From the NCBI RefSeq assembly GCF_000026545.1, contig NC_011601.1: DNA of 64,000 bases. One strand, 5' to 3'. This DNA is from Escherichia coli O127:H6 str. E2348/69 (lineage in GTDB: Bacteria; Pseudomonadota; Gammaproteobacteria; Enterobacterales; Enterobacteriaceae). Below, one piece after another: positions 22,702 through 34,358 of the stretch. The position numbers and the translations under genes are program-made. The notes beneath the pieces were generated by a model, which was not told the DNA's origin, searched no databases, and saw only the letters and a program-made list of their open reading frames with translations. Position 1 is the stretch's first letter; each line of letters starts with the position of its first letter.

Positions 22702-24663
22702 GTGACCGTATCTTCTCATCGTCTTGAACTGTTAAGCCCGGCACGCGATGCCGCCATTGCCCGCGAAGCTATTTTGCACGGTGCCGATGCTGTTTATATC
22801 GGCGGCCCTGGTTTTGGTGCCCGTCATAATGCCAGTAATAGCCTGAAAGATATTGCCGAGTTGGTGCCGTTTGCCCATCGTTATGGTGCAAAAATTTTCG
22901 TCACGCTTAACACCATTTTGCATGATGATGAGCTGGAACCCGCGCAACGGCTGATTACTGACCTCTACCAGATCGGTGTCGATGCGCTGATTGTTCAGGA
23001 TATGGGGATTCTGGAACTTGATATTCCGCCGATTGAACTGCACGCCAGTACGCAGTGCGATATTCGTACAGTAGAAAAAGCGAAGTTCCTCTCTGATGTT
23101 GGCTTCACGCAGATTGTGCTGGCGCGAGAGCTGAATCTTGAGCAGATCCGCGCGATTCACCAGGCCACGGACGCGACCATTGAATTCTTTATTCATGGCG
23201 CATTGTGCGTGGCCTATTCGGGTCAGTGCTACATTTCTCATGCGCAAACAGGGCGTAGCGCCAACCGTGGCGATTGCTCGCAGGCGTGCCGTTTGCCATA
23301 CACATTGAAAGACGATCAGGGGCGGGTGGTTTCCTATGAAAAACATCTGCTGTCGATGAAAGATAACGATCAGACTGCCAACCTCGGCGCGCTGATTGAT
23401 GCTGGCGTACGCTCCTTCAAGATTGAAGGGCGTTACAAAGATATGAGCTACGTGAAGAATATCACCGCCCATTATCGTCAGATGCTGGATGCCATTATTG
23501 AAGAACGTGGCGATCTGGCGCGCGCTTCATCAGGTCGTACTGAACATTTCTTTGTTCCATCGACGGAAAAGACTTTCCACCGTGGTAGCACAGATTATTT
23601 TGTGAATGCCCGTAAAGGCGATATTGGCGCGTTCGATTCGCCGAAATTTATCGGCCTGCCGGTGGGCGAAGTATTGAAAGTAGCGAAAGATCATATTGAT
23701 GTTGCCGTTACCGAGCCACTGGCAAATGGCGATGGCCTGAACGTGATGATTAAACGTGAAGTCGTCGGTTTTCGTGCTAATACGGTAGAGAAAACCGGAG
23801 AAAATCAGTACCGCGTCTGGCCAAATGAAATGCCAGCAGATTTGCACAAAATTCGCCCGCATCACCCACTAAACCGAAATCTTGATCATAACTGGCAGCA
23901 GGCACTGACAAAAACCTCCAGCGAACGTCGGGTGGCGGTAGACATTGAACTGGGCGGCTGGCAGGAACAACTGATTCTGACCCTCACCAGTGAAGAGGGT
24001 GTCAGCATCACACATACGCTGGACGGGCAGTTCGACGAAGCCAATAACGCCGAAAAAGCAATGAACAATCTGAAGGATGGTCTGGCAAAACTGGGGCAAA
24101 CCATCTATTACGCCCGCAATGTGCAAATTAATTTGCCGGGGGCGCTGTTTGTACCAAACAGTCTGTTAAACCAGTTCCGCCGTGAAGCCGCCGATATGCT
24201 TGATGCTGCGCGTCTTGCCAGTTACCAGCGCGGCAGCCGTAAACCGGTTGCTGATCCTGCGCCGGTTTATCCGCAAACGCATCTGAGTTTCCTCGCGAAC
24301 GTATACAACCAGAAAGCGCGTGAATTTTATCATCGCTATGGTGTGCAACTGATTGACGCGGCGTATGAGGCACATGAAGAGAAGGGCGAAGTCCCGGTGA
24401 TGATCACCAAGCATTGTCTGCGCTTTGCCTTCAATCTGTGCCCGAAACAGGCGAAAGGCAATATCAAAAGCTGGAAGGCGACGCCAATGCAACTGGTTAA
24501 CGGCGATGAAGTATTAACGCTAAAGTTTGATTGCCGCCCATGCGAGATGCACGTCATTGGCAAAATCAAAAATCACATACTGAAAATGCCGTTACCGGGA
24601 AGCGTAGTGGCATCCGTAAGTCCGGATGATCTGCTGAAAACATTGCCGAAGCGAAAAGGGTAA
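22702..24663 (+). CDS. ydcP: peptidase U32-family protein YdcP/RlhA
   Basis: 653-aa product from GTG 22702 within ORF 22660..24663. Confidence 0.8.
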   Translation: MTVSSHRLELLSPARDAAIAREAILHGADAVYIGGPGFGARHNASNSLKDIAELVPFAHRYGAKIFVTLNTILHDDELEPAQRLITDLYQIGVDALIVQDMGILELDIPPIELHASTQCDIRTVEKAKFLSDVGFTQIVLARELNLEQIRAIHQATDATIEFFIHGALCVAYSGQCYISHAQTGRSANRGDCSQACRLPYTLKDDQGRVVSYEKHLLSMKDNDQTANLGALIDAGVRSFKIEGRYKDMSYVKNITAHYRQMLDAIIEERGDLARASSGRTEHFFVPSTEKTFHRGSTDYFVNARKGDIGAFDSPKFIGLPVGEVLKVAKDHIDVAVTEPLANGDGLNVMIKREVVGFRANTVEKTGENQYRVWPNEMPADLHKIRPHHPLNRNLDHNWQQALTKTSSERRVAVDIELGGWQEQLILTLTSEEGVSITHTLDGQFDEANNAEKAMNNLKDGLAKLGQTIYYARNVQINLPGALFVPNSLLNQFRREAADMLDAARLASYQRGSRKPVADPAPVYPQTHLSFLANVYNQKAREFYHRYGVQLIDAAYEAHEEKGEVPVMITKHCLRFAFNLCPKQAKGNIKSWKATPMQLVNGDEVLTLKFDCRPCEMHVIGKIKNHILKMPLPGSVVASVSPDDLLKTLPKRKG

Positions 24664-24754
24664 AACGCCAGTTTTCGGGTTACTCACCACTCATCAAATC
24701 TGCATGATATTGCCTGCCGGGTAAGGCGTCATGCCGCATCCGGCAACAAATGAC

Positions 24755-24985
24755 TCAACGCTGTCCCGCTTCTGGTTTGCGCGATTTTTGCCAGTAAAAA
24801 TGCTCGCGCAAACCTTCCGCCGACTCTTCCGCCACAGCACGCAATTCATCGCTGTCCGCTTCATGACGCAGCTGATGATCCACATTCTTTACCCACATAA
24901 ATTCATGTCCTTTGTGCCCTGCCATGAGTTGTCCTGAGAACAGTGCACACGTTAATAAGACAACCGATAACGCCTTCGAAAACAT
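24755..24985 (-). CDS. yncJ: small protein YncJ
   Basis: 76-aa ORF with signal peptide. Confidence 0.75.
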   Translation of the reverse strand: MFSKALSVVLLTCALFSGQLMAGHKGHEFMWVKNVDHQLRHEADSDELRAVAEESAEGLREHFYWQKSRKPEAGQR

Positions 24986-25334
24986 CCCGCCACCTTTTTC
25001 TAACCTTTTGCCGCTATGATGCCGATCGTTTCTTGAGGTTATTATTCAGTTTTGCAAATTAGAGCAAAGAAATTCTGGAATCTTCCTTCCTGATTTTGCA
25101 TTGCATTCTGCCGTTGCGGCGATTTAGTGCTATTTTCGAGCACATTACACACGGAGGTAAACTTCGCCATTAAATAGTCACGATCACTTTATTGAAGTGC
25201 CTTTGAGCGTCGCCTCTAAGGCGCTTGGCAAAGAGTTATCGCTGGTGATGGTTTGATTACAGTTAATGAAAAGTTGTCATTTTTAACAACTGATATAGAC
25301 TGCCGAATCATCTGCACATAATTACGATTCGATA

Positions 25335-26741
25335 ATGAAAAAATACCAGCAGCTTGCAGAACAATTACGCGAGCAGATTGCGTCGGGTATCTGGCAACCC
25401 GGCGATCGTTTGCCTTCGTTGCGTGACCAGGTGGCGCTTTCTGGCATGAGCTTTATGACTGTCAGCCATGCCTATCAGTTGCTCGAAAGTCAGGGATATA
25501 TTATCGCGCGACCGCAATCGGGTTATTACGTTGCGCCACAGGCAATAAAAATGCCGAAAGCGACAGTCATTCCAGTCACACGAGATGAAGCAGTCGATAT
25601 CAACACCTATATTTTTGATATGTTGCAGGCCAGTCGTGATCCGTCGGTAGTTCCGTTTGCCTCGGCCTTTCCCGACCCGCGACTTTTCCCCCTCCAACAA
25701 CTAAACCGCTCGCTGGCGCAGGTAAGCAAAACCGCCACGGCGATGAGCGTGATTGAAAACTTACCGCCAGGAAACGTAGAACTGCGTCAGGCTATTGCTC
25801 GTCGCTATGCCTTACAGGGCATCACCATTTCTCCTGATGAAATTGTCATTACCGCCGGGGCGTTAGAGGCATTAAACCTCAGTTTGCAAGCGGTAACTGA
25901 ACCGGGCGATTGGGTGATAGTAGAGAATCCTTGTTTCTACGGCGCGTTGCAGGCGCTGGAGCGGTTACGGCTGAAGGCGTTATCGGTAGCGACGGATATT
26001 AAAGAAGGGATCGATCTTCAGGCGCTGGAACTGGCGTTGCAGGAGTATCCGGTGAAAGCGTGCTGGCTGATGACTAATAGCCAGAACCCACTTGGATTTA
26101 CCTTAACGCCGCAGAAAAAAGTGCGGCTGGTAGCGTTGCTCAATCAGTACAACGTAACGCTGATTGAAGATGACGTTTATAGCGAACTTTATTTTGGACG
26201 GGAAAAACCGCTGCCTGCGAAAGCGTGGGATCGCCACGATGGTGTTTTGCATTGCTCTTCATTTTCGAAATGTCTGGTGCCTGGTTTTCGTATTGGTTGG
26301 GTCGCCGCCGGAAAACATGCACGTAAAATTCAACGCTTGCAGTTGATGAGTACGCTTTCCACCAGCTCACCGATGCAGCTTGCGCTGGTGGATTACCTTT
26401 CTACTCGCCGATACGATGCTCATCTTCGTCGCCTGCGTCGCCAGCTTGCGGAACGTAAACAACGCGCCTGGCAGGCTTTGCTGCGTTATCTGCCTGCGGA
26501 AGTCAAAATTCATCACAATGACAGCGGTTATTTTCTCTGGCTGGAGCTCCCCGAGCCGTTAGATGCAGGAGAATTAAGCCTGGTGGCACTGACGCATCAT
26601 ATCAGTATTGCGCCGGGTAATATGTTTTCTACCGGTGAAAACTGGTCACGTTTTTTTCGTTTTAATACCGCGTGGCAGTGGGGAGAACGTGAAGAACAGG
26701 CGGTAAAACAATTAGGCAAACTTATTCAAGAACGGCTGTAA
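25335..26741 (+). CDS. ydcR: MocR/GntR-family regulator with aminotransferase domain YdcR
   Basis: 468-aa ORF; N-terminal HTH, PLP-fold C-terminus. Confidence 0.9.
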   Translation: MKKYQQLAEQLREQIASGIWQPGDRLPSLRDQVALSGMSFMTVSHAYQLLESQGYIIARPQSGYYVAPQAIKMPKATVIPVTRDEAVDINTYIFDMLQASRDPSVVPFASAFPDPRLFPLQQLNRSLAQVSKTATAMSVIENLPPGNVELRQAIARRYALQGITISPDEIVITAGALEALNLSLQAVTEPGDWVIVENPCFYGALQALERLRLKALSVATDIKEGIDLQALELALQEYPVKACWLMTNSQNPLGFTLTPQKKVRLVALLNQYNVTLIEDDVYSELYFGREKPLPAKAWDRHDGVLHCSSFSKCLVPGFRIGWVAAGKHARKIQRLQLMSTLSTSSPMQLALVDYLSTRRYDAHLRRLRRQLAERKQRAWQALLRYLPAEVKIHHNDSGYFLWLELPEPLDAGELSLVALTHHISIAPGNMFSTGENWSRFFRFNTAWQWGEREEQAVKQLGKLIQERL

Positions 26742-26985
26742 TAGCGTTTAATTTAATTCCTCTCAGGTTGGGTAATATGAATTTCGAATAGCAGTCATAT
26801 ATCCTAACTCCTTGTCTATACTCCAGAAGATAACCTTACAGACGGCATAATGCGCGGTAGCTCACAACCTGATTAAATTTTCTCAGGGCCGAAGGTGTGC
26901 CTGCAAGCCGCCGTCTATGGTTAAACAAGGAGATATTTTTACGGCACGGCGGCTGAACAATTAATTACGACAGGAGTAAGACCTT

Positions 26986-28131
26986 ATGAGCAAGACATTT
27001 GCCCGCAGCAGCCTGTGTGCGCTCAGCATGACAATAATGACCGCTCACGCCGCCGAACCGCCTACCAATTTAGAGAATCCGGAAGGGCGACTGGATATTA
27101 TCGCCTGGCCGGGATACATCGAACGCGGACAAACTGATAAACAGTACGACTGGGTAACGCAATTCGAAAAAGAGACAGGCTGCGCGGTGAATGTTAAAAC
27201 CGCCGCGACTTCCGATGAAATGGTCAGTCTGATGGCCAAAGGGGGTTACGATCTGGTTACGGCATCCGGCGATGCCTCGCTGCGTTTGATTATGGGCAAA
27301 CGCGTGCAGCCAATTAATACCGCCTTGATTCCCAACTGGAAAGCGCTCGATCCGCGCGTGGTTAAAGGCGACTGGTTTAACGTTGGTGGCAAAGTTTACG
27401 GCACACCTTACCAATGGGGGCCGAACCTGCTGATGTACAACACTAAAACCTTCCCGACGCCGCCGGATAGCTGGCAAGTGGTTTTTGTTGAGCAGAATCT
27501 GCCGGACGGCAAGAGCAATAAAGGCCGGGTACAGGCTTATGATGGCCCTATCTACATTGCGGATGCCGCGTTGTTCGTCAAAGCCACGCAGCCACAGTTG
27601 GGCATCAGTGATCCGTATCAACTCACCGAAGAACAGTATCAGGCGGTGCTGAAAGTGCTGCGCGATCAACATAATTTGATCCATCGCTACTGGCATGACA
27701 CTACCGTGCAAATGAGCGATTTCAAAAACGAGGGTGTGGTTGCTTCCAGTGCATGGCCCTATCAGGCCAACGCCCTGAAAGCCGAAGGCCAGCCTGTCGC
27801 TACCGTTTTCCCGAAGGAGGGCGTTACCGGTTGGGCTGACACCACCATGCTACATAGCGAAGCGAAACATCCGGTTTGCGCCTACAAATGGATGAACTGG
27901 TCATTAACCCCAAAAGTGCAGGGCGATGTGGCGGCCTGGTTTGGCTCGTTACCAGTAGTGCCGCAAGGGTGTAAAGCCAGTCCGTTATTAGGCGAGAAAG
28001 GTTGTGAAACAAACGGTTTTAACTATTTCGATAAAATCGCCTTCTGGAAAACGCCTATAGCAGAAGGGGGCAAGTTTGTTCCCTACAGTCGCTGGACGCA
28101 GGATTACATTGCCATTATGGGCGGTCGCTAA
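26986..28131 (+). CDS. ydcS: ABC transporter periplasmic binding protein YdcS
   Basis: 381-aa ORF with signal peptide; first gene of ydcSTUV-patD operon. Confidence 0.9.
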   Translation: MSKTFARSSLCALSMTIMTAHAAEPPTNLENPEGRLDIIAWPGYIERGQTDKQYDWVTQFEKETGCAVNVKTAATSDEMVSLMAKGGYDLVTASGDASLRLIMGKRVQPINTALIPNWKALDPRVVKGDWFNVGGKVYGTPYQWGPNLLMYNTKTFPTPPDSWQVVFVEQNLPDGKSNKGRVQAYDGPIYIADAALFVKATQPQLGISDPYQLTEEQYQAVLKVLRDQHNLIHRYWHDTTVQMSDFKNEGVVASSAWPYQANALKAEGQPVATVFPKEGVTGWADTTMLHSEAKHPVCAYKWMNWSLTPKVQGDVAAWFGSLPVVPQGCKASPLLGEKGCETNGFNYFDKIAFWKTPIAEGGKFVPYSRWTQDYIAIMGGR

Positions 28132-28148
28132 CTTCGCTGGGGTGTTTT

Positions 28149-29162
28149 ATGACGTACGCAGTGGAGTTTGACAACGTCTCACGGTTGTACGGTGACGTGC
28201 GCGCAGTAGATGGCGTCAGTATTGCGATAAAAGATGGTGAGTTCTTCTCTATGCTGGGGCCGTCCGGCTCCGGCAAAACCACTTGCCTGCGCCTGATTGC
28301 TGGATTCGAACAGCTTTCCGGCGGGGCTATCTCTATTTTTGGTACGCCCGCCAGCAATCTGCCACCGTGGGAGCGGGACGTGAATACTGTCTTCCAGGAC
28401 TACGCGCTATTTCCGCATATGTCGATTCTTGACAACGTAGCCTACGGGCTGATGGTCAAAGGCGTGAATAAAAAGCAGCGGCATGCAATGGCGCAAGAGG
28501 CGCTTGAGAAAGTGGCGTTGGGGTTTGTACAGCAACGTAAACCGTCACAACTTTCTGGTGGTCAGCGCCAGCGGGTTGCCATCGCCAGAGCACTGGTGAA
28601 CGAACCGCGTGTGTTGTTGCTGGATGAACCACTCGGCGCGCTGGATCTCAAATTGCGAGAGCAAATGCAGCTTGAGCTGAAAAAGCTGCAACAGTCTCTC
28701 GGTATCACTTTTATCTTCGTTACCCACGATCAGGGCGAAGCGTTATCGATGTCCGATCGGGTGGCGGTTTTCAATAATGGACGCATTGAACAGGTCGATT
28801 CTCCGCGCGATCTCTATATGCGCCCGCGCACGCCGTTTGTTGCGGGATTCGTTGGGACATCGAATGTTTTTGATGGACTGATGGCAGAGAAACTTTGTGG
28901 CATGACGGGAAGCTTCGCACTACGACCGGAACATATCCGCCTCAACACCCCTGGCGAAATGCAGGCTAATGGCACGATCCAGGCGGTGCAGTATCAGGGC
29001 GCGGCAACTCGTTTTGAACTGACACTGAGCGGCGGTGAAAAACTGCTGGTGAGTCAGGCCAATATGACAGGCGAAGAACTGCCTGCCACGCTCACGCCCG
29101 GACAACAGGTGATGGTTTCCTGGTCGCGTGATGTGATGGTGGCGCTGGTTGAGGAGAGGTGA
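28149..29162 (+). CDS. ydcT: ABC transporter ATP-binding protein YdcT
   Basis: 337-aa ORF with Walker A GPSGSGKTT and LSGGQRQR signature. Confidence 0.9.
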   Translation: MTYAVEFDNVSRLYGDVRAVDGVSIAIKDGEFFSMLGPSGSGKTTCLRLIAGFEQLSGGAISIFGTPASNLPPWERDVNTVFQDYALFPHMSILDNVAYGLMVKGVNKKQRHAMAQEALEKVALGFVQQRKPSQLSGGQRQRVAIARALVNEPRVLLLDEPLGALDLKLREQMQLELKKLQQSLGITFIFVTHDQGEALSMSDRVAVFNNGRIEQVDSPRDLYMRPRTPFVAGFVGTSNVFDGLMAEKLCGMTGSFALRPEHIRLNTPGEMQANGTIQAVQYQGAATRFELTLSGGEKLLVSQANMTGEELPATLTPGQQVMVSWSRDVMVALVEER

Positions 29163-30104
29163 ATGGCGATGAACGTATTGCAATCACCTTCACGTCCAGG
29201 TCTGGGTAAGGTGTCCGGTTTCTTCTGGCGTAATCCGGGGCTGGGGCTGTTTTTGCTGCTGCTTGGCCCGCTAATGTGGTTTGGCATTGTCTATTTCGGC
29301 TCGCTGCTGACGCTGTTATGGCAGGGCTTTTATACCTTTGACGATTTCACCATGTCGGTAACGCCGGAACTGACGCTGGCGAATATCCGTGCGCTGTTTA
29401 ATCCGGCGAATTACGACATCATTGTCCGCACGCTGACCATGGCTGTGGCAGTCACTATCGCCAGCGCCATTCTGGCTTTTCCAATGGCGTGGTATATGGC
29501 GCGCTATACCAGCGGAAAAATGAAAGCGTTTTTTTATATCGCGGTAATGTTGCCGATGTGGGCGAGCTACATTGTTAAAGCCTATGCCTGGACGTTATTG
29601 CTGGCAAAAGATGGCGTGGCGCAGTGGTTTTTACAACATCTGGGGCTGGAACCACTGCTGACTGCGTTCCTCACGCTACCGGCGGTGGGAGGTAATACGC
29701 TGTCAACTTCCGGGCTGGGGCGCTTTCTGGTGTTTCTCTATATCTGGTTGCCGTTCATGATCCTCCCGGTGCAGGCGGCGCTTGAGCGTTTGCCGCCGTC
29801 ATTGTTGCAGGCGTCGGCTGATCTTGGCGCACGTCCACGACAAACCTTTCGCTATGTGGTGCTGCCGCTGGCAATCCCGGGTATTGCCGCTGGCTCTATC
29901 TTTACCTTCTCACTCACGCTGGGCGATTTTATTGTCCCGCAGCTGGTTGGCCCTCCAGGATATTTTATCGGCAATATGGTTTATTCCCAGCAGGGGGCGA
30001 TTGGCAATATGCCGATGGCGGCGGCATTCACCCTGGTGCCGATTGTTCTCATCGCACTCTATCTGGCGTTCGTGAAACGTCTGGGAGCGTTCGATGCACT
30101 CTGA
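29163..30104 (+). CDS. ydcU: ABC transporter permease YdcU
   Basis: 313-aa membrane ORF. Confidence 0.9.
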
Positions 30105-30888
30105 ACGCGCACCGTTTTTCCTCAAACTGGCGGCCTGGGGCGGCGTGGTTTTCCTACATTTTCCCATCCTGATTATCGCTGCCTATGCGTTTAACACTGA
30201 AGATGCGGCGTTTAGTTTTCCACCGCAAGGCCTGACGCTGCGCTGGTTTAGCGTGGCAGCACAGCGTAGTGATATTCTTGATGCCGTGACACTGTCACTT
30301 AAAGTGGCGGCGCTGGCGACATTAATCGCGCTGGTGTTAGGGACGCTGGCCGCTGCCGCGCTGTGGCGACGAGACTTTTTCGGTAAAAACGCCATTTCGT
30401 TGTTACTGCTGCTGCCCATTGCGCTGCCGGGCATTGTCACTGGTCTGGCGCTATTAACCGCCTTTAAAACCATCAATCTGGAGCCGGGATTTTTCACCAT
30501 CGTGGTCGGTCATGCGACTTTTTGCGTAGTGGTGGTGTTTAACAATGTCATCGCCCGTTTTCGCCGCACCTCGTGGAGTCTGGTTGAGGCGTCAATGGAT
30601 CTTGGGGCCAATGGCTGGCAAACCTTCCGCTACGTAGTGTTGCCGAATCTCAGTTCGGCGTTACTGGCTGGAGGAATGCTGGCGTTTGCCTTGTCGTTCG
30701 ATGAAATCATCGTGACGACATTTACGGCAGGTCATGAACGAACGTTACCGTTGTGGTTGCTCAATCAGCTTGGGCGACCGCGTGATGTCCCGGTAACCAA
30801 CGTGGTGGCACTGCTGGTTATGTTGGTAACAACCTTGCCGATCCTGGGGGCCTGGTGGCTAACCCGCGAAGGCGACAATGGTCAATAA
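30094..30888 (+). CDS. ydcV: ABC transporter permease YdcV
   Basis: 264-aa membrane ORF overlapping ydcU stop. Confidence 0.9.
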
Positions 30889-30909
30889 CCACTGATACAG
30901 GAATATGCT

Positions 30910-32334
30910 ATGCAACATAAGTTACTGATTAACGGAGAACTGGTTAGCGGCGAAGGGGAAAAACAGCCTGTCTATAATCCGGCAATGGGGGACGTTTTAC
31001 TGGAGATTGCCGAGGCATCCGCAGAGCAGGTCAATGCTGCTGTTCGCGCGGCAGATGCAGCATTTGCCGAATGGGGGCAAACCACGCCAAAAGCGCGTGC
31101 GGAATGCCTGCTGAAACTGGCTGATGTTATCGAAGAAAATGGTCAGGTTTTTGCCGAACTGGAGTCCCGTAATTGTGGCAAACCGCTGCATAGCGCGTTC
31201 AATGATGAAATTCCGGCGATTGTCGATGTCTTTCGCTTTTTCGCCGGTGCGGCGCGCTGCCTGAATGGTCTGGCGGCAGGTGAATATCTTGAAGGTCATA
31301 CTTCGATGATCCGTCGCGATCCGTTGGGGGTCGTGGCTTCTATCGCACCGTGGAATTATCCGCTGATGATGGCTGCGTGGAAACTGGCTCCGGCGCTGGC
31401 GGCAGGGAACTGCGTAGTGCTTAAACCATCAGAAATTACCCCGCTGACCGCGTTGAAGTTGGCAGAGCTGGCGAAAGATATCTTCCCGGCTGGCGTGATT
31501 AACGTGCTGTTTGGCAGAGGCAAAACGGTGGGAGATCCGCTGACCGGACATCCCAAAGTGCGGATGGTGTCGCTGACGGGTTCTATCGCCACTGGGGAAC
31601 ACATCATCAGCCATACCGCGCCGTCCATTAAGCGTACTCATATGGAACTTGGTGGCAAAGCGCCAGTGATTGTTTTTGATGATGCGGATATTGAAGCAGT
31701 GGTCGAAGGTGTACGTACTTTTGGCTATTACAATGCCGGACAGGATTGTACTGCGGCTTGTCGGATCTACGCGCAAAAAGGCATTTACGATACGCTGGTG
31801 GAAAAACTCGGTGCTGCGGTGGCAACGTTAAAATCGGGTTCGCCGGATGACGAGTCTACGGAGCTTGGACCTTTAAGCTCGCTGGCGCATCTCGAACGCG
31901 TCAGCAAGGCGGTAGAAGAGGCGAAAGCGACAGGGCACATCAAAGTGATCACTGGCGGTGAAAAGCGCAAGGGTAATGGCTATTACTATGCGCCGACGCT
32001 GCTGGCTGGCGCATTACAGGACGATGCCATCGTGCAAAAAGAGGTATTTGGTCCGGTAGTGAGTGTTACGCTCTTCGACAACGAAGAACAGGTGGTGAAC
32101 TGGGCGAATGACAGCCAGTACGGACTTGCATCTTCGGTATGGACGAAAGATGTGGGCAGGGCGCATCGCGTCAGCGCGCGGCTGCAATATGGTTGTACCT
32201 GGGTCAATACCCATTTCATGCTGGTAAGTGAAATGCCGCACGGTGGGCAGAAACTTTCTGGTTACGGCAAGGATATGTCACTTTATGGGCTGGAGGATTA
32301 CACCGTCGTCCGCCACGTCATGGTTAAACATTAA
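30910..32334 (+). CDS. patD: gamma-aminobutyraldehyde dehydrogenase PatD
   Basis: 474-aa aldehyde dehydrogenase ORF. Confidence 0.95.
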   Translation: MQHKLLINGELVSGEGEKQPVYNPAMGDVLLEIAEASAEQVNAAVRAADAAFAEWGQTTPKARAECLLKLADVIEENGQVFAELESRNCGKPLHSAFNDEIPAIVDVFRFFAGAARCLNGLAAGEYLEGHTSMIRRDPLGVVASIAPWNYPLMMAAWKLAPALAAGNCVVLKPSEITPLTALKLAELAKDIFPAGVINVLFGRGKTVGDPLTGHPKVRMVSLTGSIATGEHIISHTAPSIKRTHMELGGKAPVIVFDDADIEAVVEGVRTFGYYNAGQDCTAACRIYAQKGIYDTLVEKLGAAVATLKSGSPDDESTELGPLSSLAHLERVSKAVEEAKATGHIKVITGGEKRKGNGYYYAPTLLAGALQDDAIVQKEVFGPVVSVTLFDNEEQVVNWANDSQYGLASSVWTKDVGRAHRVSARLQYGCTWVNTHFMLVSEMPHGGQKLSGYGKDMSLYGLEDYTVVRHVMVKH

Positions 32335-32375
32335 GGATAATATTGCAGATCGTAAGAGTATGAGATGATCTTGCG

Positions 32376-32407
32376 TACTGTCAGAGCACTGATTTCTCTG
32401 ACAGTAC
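32376..32407. terminator. 12-bp perfect inverted repeat hairpin between convergent patD and yncL
   Basis: gtactgtcagag cactgattt ctctgacagtac. Confidence 0.6.
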
Positions 32408-32430
32408 GTGCTGCGTGCAAAATCACTACA

Positions 32431-32526
32431 TCAAATAAACCAGCCAAATCTCATAGAGATAAGAGTAAACAAACCAACAGCAGCAAAGACATTTATCAGT
32501 ACTACAGTTCTACTGGAAACATTCAT
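32431..32526 (-). CDS. yncL: small membrane protein YncL
   Basis: 31-aa ORF MNVSSRTVVLINVFAAVGLFTLISMRFGWFI read from the sequence (below ORF-track cutoff). Confidence 0.7.
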   Translation of the reverse strand: MNVSSRTVVLINVFAAVGLFTLISMRFGWFI

Positions 32527-32720
32527 TTTTGCCACCTTTTATCATTGCCCCTATGTGTATAGTACGGGTTAAGAAAATCCGCAATAATACTCATTCTGAA
32601 GATGGATAAGGGCAAGTTGCTGTTTGATGATTTTTTCTTTAACTGGTGAAAAAACTTGATGCACGTCAAAAAATGACGCATATTTGCGCGCGTTTTATTC
32701 ATCTGGCTGGACGCCCGTAC

Positions 32721-32894
32721 ATGTCTCTCTATCAACACATGCTTGTTTTTTATGCGGTTATGGCAGCAATCGCATTTCTTATCACCTGGTTTCTTTCTCA
32801 CGATAAGAAACGCATCCGTTTCTTAAGCGCCTTTCTGGTGGGGGCAACATGGCCGATGAGTTTCCCGGTGGCGCTGTTGTTTTCTCTGTTTTAA
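32721..32894 (+). CDS. ortT: orphan membrane toxin OrtT (YdcX)
   Basis: 57-aa hydrophobic product from ATG 32721 within ORF 32646..32894. Confidence 0.8.
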   Translation: MSLYQHMLVFYAVMAAIAFLITWFLSHDKKRIRFLSAFLVGATWPMSFPVALLFSLF

Positions 32895-32979
32895 ATCTTA
32901 CGCACTGGCTTGACGGCACCACGCAGACTTATATCATTTGGATGAATCGATAAATTTCACAAGTGGCTAAGGAGAAAGT

Positions 32980-33213
32980 ATGTCGCATCTGGATGAAGTC
33001 ATCGCGCGCGTGGATGCCGCGATTGAAGAGAGCGTCATTGCCCATATGAACGAATTATTAATCGCCCTGAGCGATGACGCGGAGTTAAGTCGGGAAGATC
33101 GCTACACCCAGCAGCAGCGTTTGCGCACCGCTATTGCTCATCACGGTCGCAAACATAAAGAAGATATGGAAGCGCGCCACGAACAGTTAACCAAAGGCGG
33201 TACCATCCTCTGA
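32980..33213 (+). CDS. ydcY: small protein YdcY
   Basis: 77-aa ORF with good RBS. Confidence 0.85.
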   Translation: MSHLDEVIARVDAAIEESVIAHMNELLIALSDDAELSREDRYTQQQRLRTAIAHHGRKHKEDMEARHEQLTKGGTIL

Positions 33214-33663
33214 TTAAAATGAGCGTCTGGCCACCAGCCAGGCGCCAACCACAAGTAAAATTGCGCCACAAATTGGGCCGATCAACGCCCGAAGTGGTAC
33301 GCCATAGCTGCGGAAGATATCCAGCACCAGACCGCCAATCAGCTGGCTGGCGACCAGTACTGCAATAGTTGTCGCCGCTCCCACATTCTGATATCCGCTG
33401 ATACTGGCGAAGACAAAAAACGATCCCAGCAAGCCAGGTATAAGTGTCCACCAGCGCACGCTGGACACCAGTTCGCCAAACCCCGCCATGCCTTGTTTAA
33501 ACCATAAAATAGAAACAAAGAGCACAATCCCCACCAGTGAGTTCAGCAACATGGCGATGAGAATGGTAGAGGAGGTCTGGGTGATGCGCACCATCAGCGT
33601 GTTCTGGACTACCAGACCAATCCCGGCTGCAATCAAAAAGGCAAGGGTAAGTGACTGACTCAT
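33214..33663 (-). CDS. ydcZ: inner membrane protein YdcZ
   Basis: 149-aa membrane ORF. Confidence 0.85.
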   Translation of the reverse strand: MSQSLTLAFLIAAGIGLVVQNTLMVRITQTSSTILIAMLLNSLVGIVLFVSILWFKQGMAGFGELVSSVRWWTLIPGLLGSFFVFASISGYQNVGAATTIAVLVASQLIGGLVLDIFRSYGVPLRALIGPICGAILLVVGAWLVARRSF

Positions 33664-34178
33664 CCAATCGCGTCCGGTTCAGTGCGCTCGTCGAGTTGCA
33701 ACTGCATAAATGTCAGATCCAGCCAGCGCCCAAATTTAGTGCCTACCTGCGGCATTTGCGCGGTGACGACAAATCCCAGCGACTGGTGCAGATGCAGCGA
33801 GGCCTGATTTTGCGATTCGATCCCGGCGACCATGACATGCTTCCCGCAATCCCGCGCTTCATCAATCAATCGGCTTAACAATTTACGCCCCAGACCTTTC
33901 CCCTGATGATCGGGATGGACATAAACCGAATGTTCCACGGTATGGCGAAAACCATCAAAACTACGCCAGTCGCCAAACGAGGCATATCCCGTCACTACGC
34001 CATCTTCTTCACTCACCAGCACCGGATAACCTGCTATGGTCCGCGCTTCAAACCAGGCAATGCGGTTATCCGCATCCACCGTTTGGTCATTCCAGATAGC
34101 CGCCGTATACAACACGGCGTGGTTATAAATTTCCGCAATTGCAGCACAGTCGGCTTTGCGGGCAAAACGGATGGACAT
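33660..34178 (-). CDS. mnaT: GNAT-family L-amino acid N-acyltransferase MnaT
   Basis: 172-aa product from internal ATG of ORF 33660..34241. Confidence 0.85.
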   Translation of the reverse strand: MSIRFARKADCAAIAEIYNHAVLYTAAIWNDQTVDADNRIAWFEARTIAGYPVLVSEEDGVVTGYASFGDWRSFDGFRHTVEHSVYVHPDHQGKGLGRKLLSRLIDEARDCGKHVMVAGIESQNQASLHLHQSLGFVVTAQMPQVGTKFGRWLDLTFMQLQLDERTEPDAIG

Positions 34179-34358
34179 GTCTGGCCTCGATAAAATAATG
34201 ATGATGATGTTATCAATACTATCGAAAACAGCCCGAAGCAACGGATTCCTCTATGAAATTATTGCGTGTTGCAGAGGGGATGTGACGGCTGCAAACAAAA
34301 CCAATCCTGTGAGCCTGCTACTATTGATGGATTCATGCCAAAAGCACAGGAGAGCATT

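Noticed and set aside
32365-32562. 65-aa plus-strand ORF between patD and ortT
   Set aside because: It overlaps the minus-strand yncL and the strong inverted-repeat terminator; yncL on the opposite strand is the better-supported reading.
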